Shown one piece after another: positions 25,206 through 37,772 of a stretch of 64,000 bases of DNA; position 1 is the first letter of the stretch, and every line of letters starts with the position of its first letter. Position numbers and translations under genes: made by a program. This DNA is from Escherichia coli O157:H7 (GTDB lineage Bacteria; Pseudomonadota; Gammaproteobacteria; Enterobacterales; Enterobacteriaceae): assembly GCF_013167455.1 (NCBI RefSeq), contig NZ_CP038328.1, one strand, 5' to 3'. The notes beneath the pieces are model-generated. The model was not told the origin of the DNA and ran no database searches. It saw only the letters and a list, made by a program, of their open reading frames with translations.

Positions 25206-26522
25206 TCAGTTAGTTGCCGTTTGAGAACGGAAACGGGCAAAGATAAAGATGACCGCGAAGCAGAGTGCGGGGATCAGTTCAGCAGTGGGGATGTTGCCCG
25301 CCGCGTCACTGACAAAACCCATGACCGGAGTGACAATACCGCCGCCAATGATGGTCATAACGATGAAGGACGAACCGTATTTGGTGTCCTGGCCGAGATT
25401 CTTAATGCCCAGCGAGAAGATTGTTGGGTACTGAATCGACATAAAGGCGCTGCATAAAGTCAGGGCTATTAAGCCCACATGACTGCCAGCGAAGGCTGAG
25501 ATCAGGCACAGTGCCATAGCGATTAATGCGTAGGCGGCCAGGACTTTGTGTGGTGCGAAGCGACTGATGAGCCAGGTACCGGTGAAACGACCAATAAAGA
25601 AGCACACCATGGTTCCGGTTAAATAGTTAGCGGCAAAGCCTGCAGTCATGCCTGGAATTTCTTCTACAGCGTAGCGAATCAAATAGCTCCAGCAGGCCGT
25701 TTGTGCGCCAACGTAGCAGAATTGCGCTAATACTGCCCAGCGCCAGTGGCGAATACGCGCCAGGCGAGAAAGCGATGCGGAGAACGATCCTTGTTTGGCG
25801 TCACTGTGATTATCACTCTGCAATGCCGGGAATTTCGTCAGCATGATCAGCAGGGCGACCAGTAACACGATAGCCACGATGATCATATAAGGTGTCTGTA
25901 CCGATAATACCAGGCTGTGTTTATACGCACTCAATTGCTCTGGAGACATTTTATCGAGAACGTCTTGCGATTGATGTGGCACGTTAGACAAAATAAGACT
26001 TTGCCCAAAGACAACCGCGATAATTGCGCCAAATGAGTTAAATGTTTGCGCAAGATTTAAGCGGAAGTGACCACTGCTTTCCGGCCCTAATACCGTAACA
26101 AAAGGGTTTGCGGCAGTTTCCAGACAACCTAATCCGGCTGCAATAATAAATAGGCCAACTAAAAATAAGGTGTAGTTCATTATTTCTGCGGCGGGCCAGA
26201 ATAATGCAGCACCCAAGGCATATAAAAATAATCCGGTAATAATTCCTGCTTTATAACTGAGTTTTTTCATCAATATCCCAGCAGGAATTGGGATAATGAA
26301 ATAACCAAAGTAAAAGGCCGATTGGATCAGGCCAGCCTGGAAATTTGTCAGTGTAAAAGCCTGCTGGAATTGAGGTAATAAAATGTCGTTAAGGTTATTG
26401 GCTACCGCCCAAAGAAAAAACAGTGAGCACAGCAGCGCGAATGGAATAATGTAACTTCTGCTTTGCCCTGCATCTTTATCTACCGCACGGTAACTCTGCG
26501 TTTGTATTGATGTGTTTCCCAT
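25206..26522 (-). CDS. fucP: L-fucose:H+ symporter (MFS)
   Basis: 438-aa polytopic membrane ORF recognised as FucP. Confidence 0.95.
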   Translation of the reverse strand: MGNTSIQTQSYRAVDKDAGQSRSYIIPFALLCSLFFLWAVANNLNDILLPQFQQAFTLTNFQAGLIQSAFYFGYFIIPIPAGILMKKLSYKAGIITGLFLYALGAALFWPAAEIMNYTLFLVGLFIIAAGLGCLETAANPFVTVLGPESSGHFRLNLAQTFNSFGAIIAVVFGQSLILSNVPHQSQDVLDKMSPEQLSAYKHSLVLSVQTPYMIIVAIVLLVALLIMLTKFPALQSDNHSDAKQGSFSASLSRLARIRHWRWAVLAQFCYVGAQTACWSYLIRYAVEEIPGMTAGFAANYLTGTMVCFFIGRFTGTWLISRFAPHKVLAAYALIAMALCLISAFAGSHVGLIALTLCSAFMSIQYPTIFSLGIKNLGQDTKYGSSFIVMTIIGGGIVTPVMGFVSDAAGNIPTAELIPALCFAVIFIFARFRSQTATN

Positions 26523-26707
26523 AGCATCCTCTTAGGTTCAGAAGCTTAAGCACGTAATCGGTTATGTTTTCAAAAGTGCAAAACTAGCGAGTTCGGGCTT
26601 CATATCAGTGAATATTTGCCTGTCTGAAATGAACTCATGGATTCATTTTCAAATAAAAAACGCTCTGTAATATGACGGCGGTCACACTTATTAGCTGGAA
26701 GGTGACT

Positions 26708-26729
26708 TTATGTGACTACCATCACTTTA
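26708..26729. promoter_or_regulatory. Candidate CRP site in the divergent fucPIK / fucAO control region
   Basis: TGTGA-CTACCA-TCACT (26711-26726) matches the TGTGA-N6-TCACA core with one mismatch. Confidence 0.45.
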
Positions 26730-27068
26730 ATAATCGAAATTTCATGCCCGTTTCAGAAAATAAATCATAAAAAACACAAACCAGATGACCGTATTAATTG
26801 TTTATGCCGAAAACGGGCATTCCTGGCTTGGGTGAATAGAAAAATGACCGTTTTGATAAATATTTTTAAGAGCGGTCATTTTTAATGGGGTTATAAAAAG
26901 AGAACTTGCAGTTATTTACTGTGATTAGTTGAACTAGGTCACAAAATATAAGCTTGTGAATTTCTTTCTTGTTAATCAGGAAGAAGATGGTGGGTAATTA
27001 AACGGCTAATTCAATAGTGTGAAAGGAACAACATTATTGCCCTGTTTTGAATCAGAGAGAGGTAGCTA

Positions 27069-27716
27069 ATGGAACGAAATAAACTTGCTCGTCAGATTAT
27101 TGACACTTGCCTGGAAATGACCCGCCTGGGACTGAACCAGGGGACAGCGGGGAACGTCAGTGTACGTTATCAGGATGGGATGCTGATTACGCCTACAGGC
27201 ATTCCATATGAAAAACTGACGGAGTCGCATATTGTCTTTATTGATGGCAACGGTAAACATGAGGAAGGAAAGCTCCCCTCAAGCGAGTGGCGTTTCCATA
27301 TGGCGGCCTATCAAAGCAGACCGGATGCCAACGCGGTTGTTCACAATCATGCCGTTCATTGCACAGCAGTTTCCATTCTTAACCGACCGATCCCCGCTAT
27401 TCACTACATGATTGCGGCGGCTGGCGGTAATTCTATTCCTTGCGCGCCTTATGCGACCTTTGGAACACGCGAACTTTCTGAACATGTTGCGCTGGCTCTC
27501 AAAAATCGTAAGGCAACTTTGTTACAACATCATGGGCTTATCGCTTGTGAGGTGAATCTGGAAAAAGCGTTATGGCTGGCGCATGAAGTTGAAGTGCTGG
27601 CGCAACTTTACCTGACGACCCTGGCGATTACGGACCCGGTGCCAGTGCTGAGCGATGAAGAGATTGCCGTAGTGCTGGAGAAATTCAAAACCTATGGGTT
27701 ACGGATTGAAGAGTAA
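27069..27716 (+). CDS. fucA: L-fuculose-1-phosphate aldolase
   Basis: 215-aa ORF recognised as FucA (class II aldolase). Confidence 0.95.
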   Translation: MERNKLARQIIDTCLEMTRLGLNQGTAGNVSVRYQDGMLITPTGIPYEKLTESHIVFIDGNGKHEEGKLPSSEWRFHMAAYQSRPDANAVVHNHAVHCTAVSILNRPIPAIHYMIAAAGGNSIPCAPYATFGTRELSEHVALALKNRKATLLQHHGLIACEVNLEKALWLAHEVEVLAQLYLTTLAITDPVPVLSDEEIAVVLEKFKTYGLRIEE

Positions 27717-27743
27717 TTTCGTAAAGCAACAAGGAGAAGGATG

Positions 27744-28892
27744 ATGGCTAACAGAATGATTCTGAACGAAACGGCATGGTTTGGTCGGGGTGCTGTTGGG
27801 GCTTTAACCGATGAGGTGAAACGCCGTGGTTATCAGAAGGCGCTGATCGTCACCGATAAAACGCTGGTGCAATGCGGCGTGGTGGCGAAAGTGACCGATA
27901 AGATGGATGCTGCAGGGCTGGCATGGGCGATTTACGACGGCGTAGTGCCCAACCCAACAATTACTGTCGTCAAAGAAGGGCTCGGTGTATTCCAGAATAG
28001 CGGCGCGGATTACCTGATCGCTATTGGTGGTGGTTCTCCACAGGATACTTGTAAAGCGATTGGCATTATCAGCAACAACCCGGAGTTTGCCGATGTGCGT
28101 AGCCTGGAAGGACTTTCCCCGACCAATAAACCCAGTGTACCGATTCTGGCAATCCCCACCACAGCAGGCACTGCGGCAGAAGTGACCATTAACTACGTGA
28201 TCACTGACGAAGAAAAACGGCGCAAGTTTGTTTGCGTTGATCCGCATGATATCCCGCAGGTGGCGTTTATTGACGCTGACATGATGGATGGTATGCCTCC
28301 AGCGCTGAAAGCTGCGACGGGTGTCGATGCGCTCACTCATGCTATTGAGGGGTATATTACCCGTGGCGCGTGGGCGCTAACCGATGCACTGCACATTAAA
28401 GCGATTGAAATCATTGCTGGGGCGCTGCGAGGATCGGTTGCTGGTGATAAGGATGCCGGAGAAGAAATGGCGCTCGGGCAGTATGTTGCGGGTATGGGCT
28501 TCTCGAATGTGGGGTTAGGGTTGGTGCATGGTATGGCGCATCCACTGGGCGCGTTTTATAACACTCCACACGGTGTTGCAAACGCCATCCTGTTACCGCA
28601 TGTCATGCGTTATAACGCTGACTTTACCGGTGAGAAGTACCGCGATATCGCGCGCGTTATGGGCGTGAAAGTGGAAGGTATGAGCCTGGAAGAGGCGCGT
28701 AATGCCGCTGTTGAAGCGGTGTTTGCTCTCAACCGTGATGTCGGTATTCCGCCACATTTGCGTGATGTTGGTGTACGCAAGGAAGACATTCCGGCACTGG
28801 CGCAGGCGGCACTGGATGATGTTTGTACCGGTGGCAACCCGCGTGAAGCAACGCTTGAGGATATTGTAGAGCTTTACCATACCGCCTGGTAA
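27744..28892 (+). CDS. fucO: Lactaldehyde reductase (L-1,2-propanediol oxidoreductase, Fe-ADH family)
   Basis: 382-aa protein from second ATG (MANRMILNE..) with AAGGAG upstream; NAD motif GGGSPQD. Confidence 0.95.
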   Translation: MANRMILNETAWFGRGAVGALTDEVKRRGYQKALIVTDKTLVQCGVVAKVTDKMDAAGLAWAIYDGVVPNPTITVVKEGLGVFQNSGADYLIAIGGGSPQDTCKAIGIISNNPEFADVRSLEGLSPTNKPSVPILAIPTTAGTAAEVTINYVITDEEKRRKFVCVDPHDIPQVAFIDADMMDGMPPALKAATGVDALTHAIEGYITRGAWALTDALHIKAIEIIAGALRGSVAGDKDAGEEMALGQYVAGMGFSNVGLGLVHGMAHPLGAFYNTPHGVANAILLPHVMRYNADFTGEKYRDIARVMGVKVEGMSLEEARNAAVEAVFALNRDVGIPPHLRDVGVRKEDIPALAQAALDDVCTGGNPREATLEDIVELYHTAW

Positions 28893-28910
28893 ATGCGCTG
28901 ATGTGATAAT

Positions 28911-28940
28911 GCCGGATGCGACGTTTGCGGCGTATCCGGC
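28911..28940. repeat. REP element between convergent fucO and xni
   Basis: GCCGGATGCGACGTTTGCGGCGTATCCGGC, imperfect inverted repeat matching REP consensus. Confidence 0.5.
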
Positions 28941-28946
28941 ACGCCG

Positions 28947-29813
<867 letters not shown>

Positions 29814-31181
29814 TTAATCGCAGGCAACGATCTTCATTGCCAGGCCGCCGCGAGAGGTTTCGCGGTACTTGGCGTTCATATCTTTACCTGTTTCGTACAT
29901 GGTTTCGATAACTTTATCGAGGCAGACGCGCGGCTCGCTGGTACGGCGCAGCGCCATACGTGCGGCGTTCACCGCTTTTACTGCCGCAATGGCGTTACGC
30001 TCGATGCATGGCACCTGTACCTGTCCGGCGACCGGGTCACACGTCAGACCGAGGTTGTGCTCCATGGCGATTTCCGCCGCGATGCACACCTGCGCCGGGC
30101 TTGCACCTAACAGTTCTGCCAGACCAGCCGCCGCCATTGAGCACGCCACACCAACTTCACCCTGGCAACCCACTTCGGCACCAGAAATCGACGCGTTCAT
30201 CTTATAAAGAGAACCAATGGCGCTGGCTACCAGCAGGTAACGAGCCAGTGAGTTAGCGTTCACTTCGCGGATAAACTTATCGTAGTACGCCAGCACTGCC
30301 GGGATAATCCCGCACGCACCGTTAGTCGGCGCAGTCACCACGCGACCGCCAGCAGCGTTCTCTTCGTTCACTGCCAGTGCAAACATGTTGATCCAGTCAA
30401 CAACCGCCATCGGGTCAGTGGTGGTTTTATCCTGGCTGACCAGCATCCGGCGTAGTGCCGCAGCACGGCGTGGAACACGCAGTTTGCCAGGTAACACACC
30501 TTCGGTGGAAATACCGCGCTCAATACCGCCACACATCACTTCCCAGACGTTCGCCAGGTGCTGTTCCAGCTCTTCTTTGCTGTGCAGCGCCAGCTCGTTT
30601 TTCATCATCAGGCCAGAGAGTGACAGCCCGGTTTCCTGACAATGTTTTTGCAGATCGGCTGCTGAACTGTACGGATAAGGAACTTCAACCGGTGCGCTAT
30701 CCTGCTGGCCAAAATGCTCTTCATCAACGATAAAGCCACCGCCAATAGAGTAGTAAGTCTGACTGTAAACGACTTTATCACCCGCCAGCGCGGTAATGCG
30801 CATACCGTTTTCATGCAGAGAAAGGTTGTCGGCATGGAAGTTCATGCACTGATCAACCGGGAACTCCACTTCATGCTGACCGTTTGCCAGCATCAGGCGA
30901 CCATGAGTATTCACATCCTGAATAAAACCAGGGATGGAATCGATATCCACGGTATCCGGCAGGTTACCCGCCAGGCCCATAATAATGGCGATATCAGTGT
31001 GGTGGCCTTTACCAGTCAGAGAGAGCGAGCCGTACACGTCAACCACCACGCGGGTCACGTCTTTAAGCAGGTTACGGGCAATCAGATCGTCGGTAAATTG
31101 TTTACCCGCTTTCATTGGTCCAACGGTATGAGAACTGGAAGGGCCAATGCCGATTTTGAAAATATCGAATACGCTAATCAT
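29814..31181 (-). CDS. sdaB: L-serine dehydratase 2 (Fe-S)
   Basis: 455-aa ORF recognised as SdaB. Confidence 0.95.
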   Translation of the reverse strand: MISVFDIFKIGIGPSSSHTVGPMKAGKQFTDDLIARNLLKDVTRVVVDVYGSLSLTGKGHHTDIAIIMGLAGNLPDTVDIDSIPGFIQDVNTHGRLMLANGQHEVEFPVDQCMNFHADNLSLHENGMRITALAGDKVVYSQTYYSIGGGFIVDEEHFGQQDSAPVEVPYPYSSAADLQKHCQETGLSLSGLMMKNELALHSKEELEQHLANVWEVMCGGIERGISTEGVLPGKLRVPRRAAALRRMLVSQDKTTTDPMAVVDWINMFALAVNEENAAGGRVVTAPTNGACGIIPAVLAYYDKFIREVNANSLARYLLVASAIGSLYKMNASISGAEVGCQGEVGVACSMAAAGLAELLGASPAQVCIAAEIAMEHNLGLTCDPVAGQVQVPCIERNAIAAVKAVNAARMALRRTSEPRVCLDKVIETMYETGKDMNAKYRETSRGGLAMKIVACD

Positions 31182-31238
31182 AGGAAATACATCGCGTTAA
31201 AACGGAGGAAGCGCCGCCCGAAAGCGGCGCGAAAGGAC

Positions 31239-32528
31239 TTAGCTGAACAGAGAGTAGAAGATTGCGGAGATTGCAATCAGACCCATCACGACAACGAATA
31301 CGTTGCTGATGTGACCGCTGTACTTACGCATTGCCGGTACTTTCTGAATTGCGTACATCGGCATCAGGAACAGGATCATCGCGATGATTGGGCCGCCCAG
31401 GGTTTCAATCATACCCAGGATGCTCGGGTTCAGGGTGGCAACAATCCAGGTCGTTACCAGCATGAACAGCGCAGTGATACGGTTCAGCTTGTTGATTTCG
31501 ATAGACTTACCTTTACCACGCAGAGATTTAATCACCATACCGTTGAAGCCTTCACGTGCGCCCAGGTAGTGGCCGAGGAAGGATTTGGTGATAGCGATAA
31601 TCGCGATAATCGGAGCCATCCACGCGATAACCGGTGCGTTAAAGTGGTTAGCCAGGTAAGACAGAATCGAGATGTTCTGCTCTTTAGCCGCAGCCAGGTC
31701 TGCCGGAGTCAGGCTCAGTACGCAGCTGAAGACGAAGAACATTACGGTCAGCACCATCATGATGTGTGCGAATGCCAGGATCTTCGAGCATTTCTGTTCT
31801 GCCATATCGCCGTACTCTTCACGCTTCGCAACGGCGAAAGAAGAGATGATCGGAGAGTGGTTGAACGAGAACACCATTACCGGAATTGCCAGCCACAGGG
31901 TCATCCACAGACCGTTTCCGGTTGCAGATGCAGTGTCCAGAGACAGCGTTTCCAGTGCTGCGCCGTTCCACTGCGGGATCAGGTACAGAGCCAGCAGCAT
32001 CAGTACGCCAACAAACGGGAATACCAGAATACTCATCGCTTTAACGATCATCTGTTCACCAAAGCGAACGATGGTCATCATACCCACGATCAGGATCAGC
32101 GACAGAATCGCACGCGGCGGTGGTGTCATACCCAGCTGGTGAGACATGAAGCTTTCAACTGTATTGGTGATTGCCACGCTATAAACCAGCAGGATCGGGT
32201 AGATAGCGAAGAAGTAGAGCAGGGTAATCAGTTTACCTGCGCCAATACCAAAGTGTTCTTCTACAACCTCGGTAATGTCTTCGCCCGGGTTTTTACCAGA
32301 CAGTACGAAGCGAGTCAGGCCGCGGTGAGCAAAAAACGTCATCGGGAACGCAAGGATAGCCATGATGATCAGCGGGATCATACCGCCAACACCGGCGTTG
32401 ATTGGCAGGAACAGCACGCCCGCGCCGATTGCCGTGCCGTAAAGGCCCAGCATCCACATGGTGTCTGTCTTGCGCCAGGCACTACGAGAGTCTTTCGACG
32501 CAATCGTGCTGGTTTGAGTCGTTTCCAT
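31239..32528 (-). CDS. sdaC: Serine:H+ symporter
   Basis: 429-aa polytopic membrane ORF recognised as SdaC. Confidence 0.95.
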   Translation of the reverse strand: METTQTSTIASKDSRSAWRKTDTMWMLGLYGTAIGAGVLFLPINAGVGGMIPLIIMAILAFPMTFFAHRGLTRFVLSGKNPGEDITEVVEEHFGIGAGKLITLLYFFAIYPILLVYSVAITNTVESFMSHQLGMTPPPRAILSLILIVGMMTIVRFGEQMIVKAMSILVFPFVGVLMLLALYLIPQWNGAALETLSLDTASATGNGLWMTLWLAIPVMVFSFNHSPIISSFAVAKREEYGDMAEQKCSKILAFAHIMMVLTVMFFVFSCVLSLTPADLAAAKEQNISILSYLANHFNAPVIAWMAPIIAIIAITKSFLGHYLGAREGFNGMVIKSLRGKGKSIEINKLNRITALFMLVTTWIVATLNPSILGMIETLGGPIIAMILFLMPMYAIQKVPAMRKYSGHISNVFVVVMGLIAISAIFYSLFS

Positions 32529-33039
32529 CTATTTCTCCTGGAGGAATGCAAATAATTCAGCTTTTAGCCAGTTCAGCCCGGGAAGGTGCCTGACCGTAAA
32601 AATGAAATCTGTCTATCGGCGATGGCTTAATCATTTACCGCCGTAATAATTTGAGGGCGGAAAGATACACACAAGTTATGTATCTATCAGTGATCTTGAT
32701 CCCAAATACAATAATCTACTTGGAAGATAGATTATCCCAACGCTTTACTCTGTAAATCAAAAGTAAAAGAGAATTTAAGGGCAATATTTGCCCATTAAAC
32801 GACATCTGACTTCTTCCGGGGCGCGCAATATATGTAGGTTGAACTGAAAAAATCAATACTTTTAGTTAATCATGGCGATAATTTCTTTTTCATAGCGATA
32901 AAATACGGTTTATGAAAATAGGGAAACGTTTGCGTTGCAATATAAATTGTATGACATATTAACTGTGATGATATTTGTCGCGTGAGGGTGGTAAGAAACA
33001 TTCATATAACAAATGAAATGAGTTGATGAGTAAGTGACC

Positions 33040-33074
33040 AAAAACGAGAAAACCCGGCAACAAACGTCACCGGG
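33040..33074 (-). terminator. Probable intrinsic terminator of ppnN
   Basis: Minus strand CCCGGTGACGTTTGTTGCCGGG hairpin followed by TTTTCTCGTTTTT. Confidence 0.45.
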
Positions 33075-33084
33075 GGAGGGGAGA

Positions 33085-34449
33085 TTACGTGCAGATTTCG
33101 TAGCAAGGGATGTAGGCTGAGCCTGGCAACTTCATACGATGCTGGGCAACAAAACCCTGTAGCAGGTCGTCCATACGACGCATAATCTCTTTATCGCCGT
33201 TGATTTTGTAAGGACCAAACTCTTCAATGGCGCGAATACCGACTTCTTTTACGTTACCCGCCACAATACCGGAGAACGCACGGCGCAGATCGGCAGCCAG
33301 CACTTCAACAGGTTGATCCGGGTAAAGCTTCAGATTAGCCATATTCTCGTGAGACGGCTCAAATGGCATTTGCAAATCTGGCGCAATGCGCATTGACCAG
33401 TTAAAGCTGTAGGCATCGCCTGTATCACGGCGATTTTCTTTCACCAGCGGCATCGATTTTTTCATCTGACGGGCGACTTCAGCGGCGTCATCAATGATTA
33501 TGCGGTAATGGCGGCGCGCGTTTTCGCCCAGCGTATGTACGACAAACTCGTCCAGTACGCGGAAGTAGTCGGCGCTCTCTTTCGGGCCGGTGAGGATCAA
33601 TGGTAAAACCTGATCTTTGTTGGCCGGGTTCATTAAAATTCCCAGCAAATACAGCAACTCTTCTGCCGTACCCACACCGCCAGGGAAGATAATGATGCCG
33701 TGAGCGATACGGACAAACGCTTCCAGACGTTTTTCGATATCCGGCATGATGATCAATTCGTTGACCAGCGGGTTAGGCGGTTCAGCGGCGATAATCGACG
33801 GCTCTGTCATACCAATAAAACGACTGTCTTTGTAACGCTGCTGCGCGTGTCCGACCGCAGCACCTTTCATCGGCGCTTCCATCGCTCCCGGACCACAGCC
33901 GGTGCAGATATTCAGCTCACGCAGGCCCAGCTGGTTTCCGACGCGACGGGCATACAAATACTCATTTTCGTTAATTGAGTGACCGCCCCAGCAGACCACC
34001 ATATTTGGCGCTTCACCCACATGCAGCGCGCGAGCGTTACGCAAGATGGAAAAGACCAGGTTAGTGATGTGGACGGAGTTGTCGAGATTCAGGTTGGGAA
34101 AACGAACGGTATTATGGATTTGCCCGTAAACGAAGAGAATGTCTCGCAGAACCGCGAACAAGTTGGCCTGCAAAGCGCGAATAATTCGCCCATCGACAAA
34201 AGCCTCTTCCGGGGGATTAATCAGTTCCAGCTTTACGCCGCGTTCACGGCGCAAGACGTTAATATCGAAATTTTCAAAACGAGACAGCAATTCTTTGCTG
34301 TTATCGGTCAAACTACCGGAGTTCAGTACGGCAAGTGAACAGTTGCGAAACAGTTGATAGAGGTCGCTGCTGGCGGTGCGTTTAAGCATATCCACTTCCA
34401 GCTGCGACAACATATCCATGGAGCCAAGCGGGCTAATATGTGTAATCAA
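33085..34449 (-). CDS. ppnN: Nucleotide 5'-monophosphate nucleosidase (LOG family), YgdH/PpnN
   Basis: 454-aa ORF recognised as YgdH/PpnN; LOG-family motif [10 protein letters not shown]. Confidence 0.88.
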
Positions 34450-34560
34450 GAAAAACTCCTTATGGGACGAATATCGTCATTCCCTTTGATTACAATAGCC
34501 CTGCCTGATGACCTTTCACAACCTTCTGCGTGAATCCAGCACGCAAAATTGAGAAAAAAT

Positions 34561-35409
34561 TTATTGCCGAACCAGTCTTGTGGTCGATGGGACAAAATCG
34601 CTATTACTGCGCCACGGGTTAATGTCCAGACCGCCACGACGGGTATAACGTGCGTAAACGCTCAATTTCTCTGGCTGGCAGAAGCGTAACAGGTCATTAA
34701 AGATGCGTTCCACGCACTGTTCGTGGAACTCGTTGTGATGACGGAATGAGACCAGGTAACGCAGCAGTTTTTCTCTGTCAATTTGGCGTCCACGATACTG
34801 AATTTGGATCGAACCCCAATCTGGTTGATGGGTGATCAGGCAGTTTGATTTCAGCAGGTGGCTGACGAGCGTCTCTTCCACTACTTTTTCACCACTGGTG
34901 GCATTCTCCAGATAGTCAGTAGTGAATTCATAGTTATCGATAGTGATATCCTGGTCATCAATGCAAGTGCCATTGAAATGACCTATCGGCTGGCCTTCCA
35001 GTTCATCAAGACGATATAACGCCACGCTAACCTCACCCTGAGCGCAAGTGCTTAAGTCGCGCTCCAGCGTCTGGCGCACCTCATCCCAGTTATTAAAACG
35101 CGTCTGGTTAAAACTGTTGAGATAGAGCTTAAAACTCTTCGACTCAATCAGATTTACGCTGGTGTAATCAAGTTCAACATGACCGACAGCGACCTGCGGC
35201 AAACCTTTCGCATTCAGCCAGGAAAGTTCATACAGCGTCCAGATATCCGTACCTTGAAAAGGCAGGTTATCCGCTTTCAGACCCAGCGGGTCGCGATTCA
35301 GGCTGCGTGGAACGCCTTGCAGTAGGCTGGCGTCATAGGTATCCCGGTAATCGGTTGATTTTCCAAGAGTCAGGCCCGCAAGTGCCTGATGGTTTGCATA
35401 AGAAGACAT
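34561..35409 (-). CDS. queF: NADPH-dependent 7-cyano-7-deazaguanine (preQ0) reductase
   Basis: 282-aa ORF recognised as QueF (YqcD). Confidence 0.93.
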   Translation of the reverse strand: MSSYANHQALAGLTLGKSTDYRDTYDASLLQGVPRSLNRDPLGLKADNLPFQGTDIWTLYELSWLNAKGLPQVAVGHVELDYTSVNLIESKSFKLYLNSFNQTRFNNWDEVRQTLERDLSTCAQGEVSVALYRLDELEGQPIGHFNGTCIDDQDITIDNYEFTTDYLENATSGEKVVEETLVSHLLKSNCLITHQPDWGSIQIQYRGRQIDREKLLRYLVSFRHHNEFHEQCVERIFNDLLRFCQPEKLSVYARYTRRGGLDINPWRSNSDFVPSTTRLVRQ

Positions 35410-35476
35410 GTTTCACCGTCATAAACCAGATAAACTAAACGACAAGTGTATCTGGTTTAAGTGAAGAGAGAAATTA

Positions 35477-36022
35477 GTGGACGATTTGACCGCACAAGCC
35501 CTGAAAGATTTTACTGCACGCTACTGCGATGCGTGGCATGAAGAGCATAAAAGCTGGCCGTTAAGTGAGGAACTGTACGGCGTTCCTTCACCGTGCATTA
35601 TTTCAACTACTGAAGATGCCGTATACTGGCAACCCCAGCCGTTTACCGGGGAACAAAATGTAAACGCGGTTGAACGCGCTTTTGATATTGTGATACAACC
35701 CACAATTCATACCTTTTATACGACTCAGTTTGCCGGGGATATGCACGCGCAGTTTGGCGATATCAAACTGACATTGCTGCAAACCTGGAGTGAAGACGAC
35801 TTCCGTCGGGTGCAGGAAAATCTGATTGGTCATCTGGTGACTCAGAAAAGGCTAAAACTGCCACCCACGCTATTTATCGCGACGCTGGAAGAAGAGTTAG
35901 AGGTCATCTCGGTGTGTAATCTCTCCGGTGAAGTGTGTAAAGAGACGCTGGGAACACGTAAACGGACGCATTTAGCCCCAAATCTTGCGGAATTCCTTAA
36001 TCAACTTAAGCCTCTTCTGTAA
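35477..36022 (+). CDS. syd: SecY-interacting protein Syd
   Basis: 181-aa ORF recognised as Syd. Confidence 0.9.
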   Translation: MDDLTAQALKDFTARYCDAWHEEHKSWPLSEELYGVPSPCIISTTEDAVYWQPQPFTGEQNVNAVERAFDIVIQPTIHTFYTTQFAGDMHAQFGDIKLTLLQTWSEDDFRRVQENLIGHLVTQKRLKLPPTLFIATLEEELEVISVCNLSGEVCKETLGTRKRTHLAPNLAEFLNQLKPLL

Positions 36023-36231
36023 TCCAAATACCCCATCTGGTTGTGAGAGATCTCTTACAGACTCTGTAGGAGATCGCCAGGAAATAAGCGAATACTTAAA
36101 AAGATAAGAATCGTTATTTTCATTTAAAAACAACATGTTGCTTGTTAATTCCTAACTTTCATATGAAATTTTCCTTAAGGCATTGTCTGTAAGCGCCTTG
36201 TAAGAGTTCGCGAAAAAGACGATTCTATCTT

Positions 36232-36600
36232 CGTCGACAGGGAGTCAGACAACGAAGTGAACATCAGGATGATGACACTTCTGAAGGACACACCAGGATG
36301 GTGTTTCAGGGAAAGGCTTCTGGATGAAGCGAAGAGGATGACGCAGGACGCGTTAAAGGACACCTCCAGGATGGAGAATGAGAACCGGTCAGGATGATTC
36401 GGTGGGTCAGGAAGGCCTGGGACACTTCAGGATGAAGTATCACATCGGGGTGGTGTGAGCAGGAAGCAATAGTTCAGGATGAACGATTGGCCGCATGGCC
36501 AGAGGAAAAGTTGTCAAGGATGAGCAGGGAGCAACAAAAGTAGCTGGAATGCTGCGAAACGAACCGGGAGCACTGTGAATACAGTGCTCCCTTTTTTTAT
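36232..36600 (+). ncRNA. csrB: CsrB regulatory RNA (CsrA-sequestering)
   Basis: About 370 nt with roughly 20 AGGA/GGA motifs, mostly as CAGGATG; ends in GGAGCACTGTGAATACAGTGCTCC hairpin plus TTTTTTT; located between syd and yqcC; 5' end approximate. Confidence 0.9.
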
Positions 36601-36643
36601 TCCTGCTATCCTTCGCGGCAGTTTTTCTTATTGAGGTTGCTTT

Positions 36644-36973
36644 ATGACCACTCATGACCGCGTTCGTCTCCAGTTGCAGGCGCTTGAAGCGTTACTGCGT
36701 GAACATCAGCACTGGCGAAACGATGAACCCCAGCCGCATCAATTTAATAGTACCCAACCGTTCTTTATGGACACCATGGAACCACTGGAGTGGTTGCAGT
36801 GGGTGCTGATCCCGCGAATGCACGATTTGTTAAATAACAACCAGCCGTTACCGGGCGCTTTTGCCGTTGCACCCTATTATGAAATGGCGCTGGCGACGGA
36901 CCATCCGCAACGCGCGCTTATTCTGGCTGAGTTGGAAAAACTGGATGCTCTTTTTGCGGATGATGCGAGCTAA
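36644..36973 (+). CDS. yqcC: DUF446 protein YqcC
   Basis: 109-aa ORF; stop overlaps truC start. Confidence 0.85.
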   Translation: MTTHDRVRLQLQALEALLREHQHWRNDEPQPHQFNSTQPFFMDTMEPLEWLQWVLIPRMHDLLNNNQPLPGAFAVAPYYEMALATDHPQRALILAELEKLDALFADDAS

Positions 36974-37755
36974 TGCTGGAAATACTCTATCAGGATGAAT
37001 GGCTGGTTGCGGTAAATAAACCCTCCGGCTGGCTGGTTCACCGTAGCTGGCTGGATCGCGACGAGAAAGTAGTGGTCATGCAAACCGTGCGTGACCAGAT
37101 AGGCCAGCATGTTTTTACTGCTCATCGTCTGGACCGACCCACTTCTGGTGTGTTGTTGATGGGATTATCCAGCGAGGCCGGACGGCTGCTGGCACAACAG
37201 TTTGAACAGCACCAAATCCAGAAACGTTACCATGCGATTGTGCGCGGCTGGTTGATGGAAGAAGCGGTGCTGGATTATCCACTGGTGGAAGAACTGGACA
37301 AAATCGCTGATAAATTTGCCCGCGAAGATAAAGGCCCGCAGCCAGCAGTGACGCATTATCGCGGTCTGGCGACCGTAGAAATGCCGGTAGCGACCGGACG
37401 TTACCCGACCACGCGCTACGGCCTGGTGGAACTGGAGCCGAAAACCGGACGCAAACATCAGCTTCGCCGACATCTTGCCCATTTGCGTCATCCGATTATT
37501 GGCGATAGCAAACATGGCGATTTACGCCAGAATCGCAGCGGTGCTGAGCATTTTGGTCTTCAGCGGTTAATGCTGCATGCCAGTCAGTTGTCATTGACGC
37601 ATCCTTTTACTGGTGAGCCGCTGACTATTCACGCGGGCCTGGACGACACCTGGATGCAGGCGTTATCACAATTTGGCTGGCGCGGTCTGCTTCCTGAAAA
37701 TGAAAGGGTTGAGTTCAGTGCGCCATCGGGTCAGGATGGAGAGAGAAGTTCCTAA
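36973..37755 (+). CDS. truC: tRNA pseudouridine(65) synthase
   Basis: 260-aa ORF; RluA-family catalytic motif [12 protein letters not shown]. Confidence 0.9.
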
Positions 37756-37772
37756 TCCAGGGAGAAAACGGT

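Noticed and set aside
30714-32555. 613-aa plus-strand ORF
   Set aside because: It is antisense to sdaB and sdaC across their whole length, with a low-complexity R/H/Q/D-rich translation and no recognisable domain; most likely a stop-free antisense frame opposite strongly codon-biased genes.
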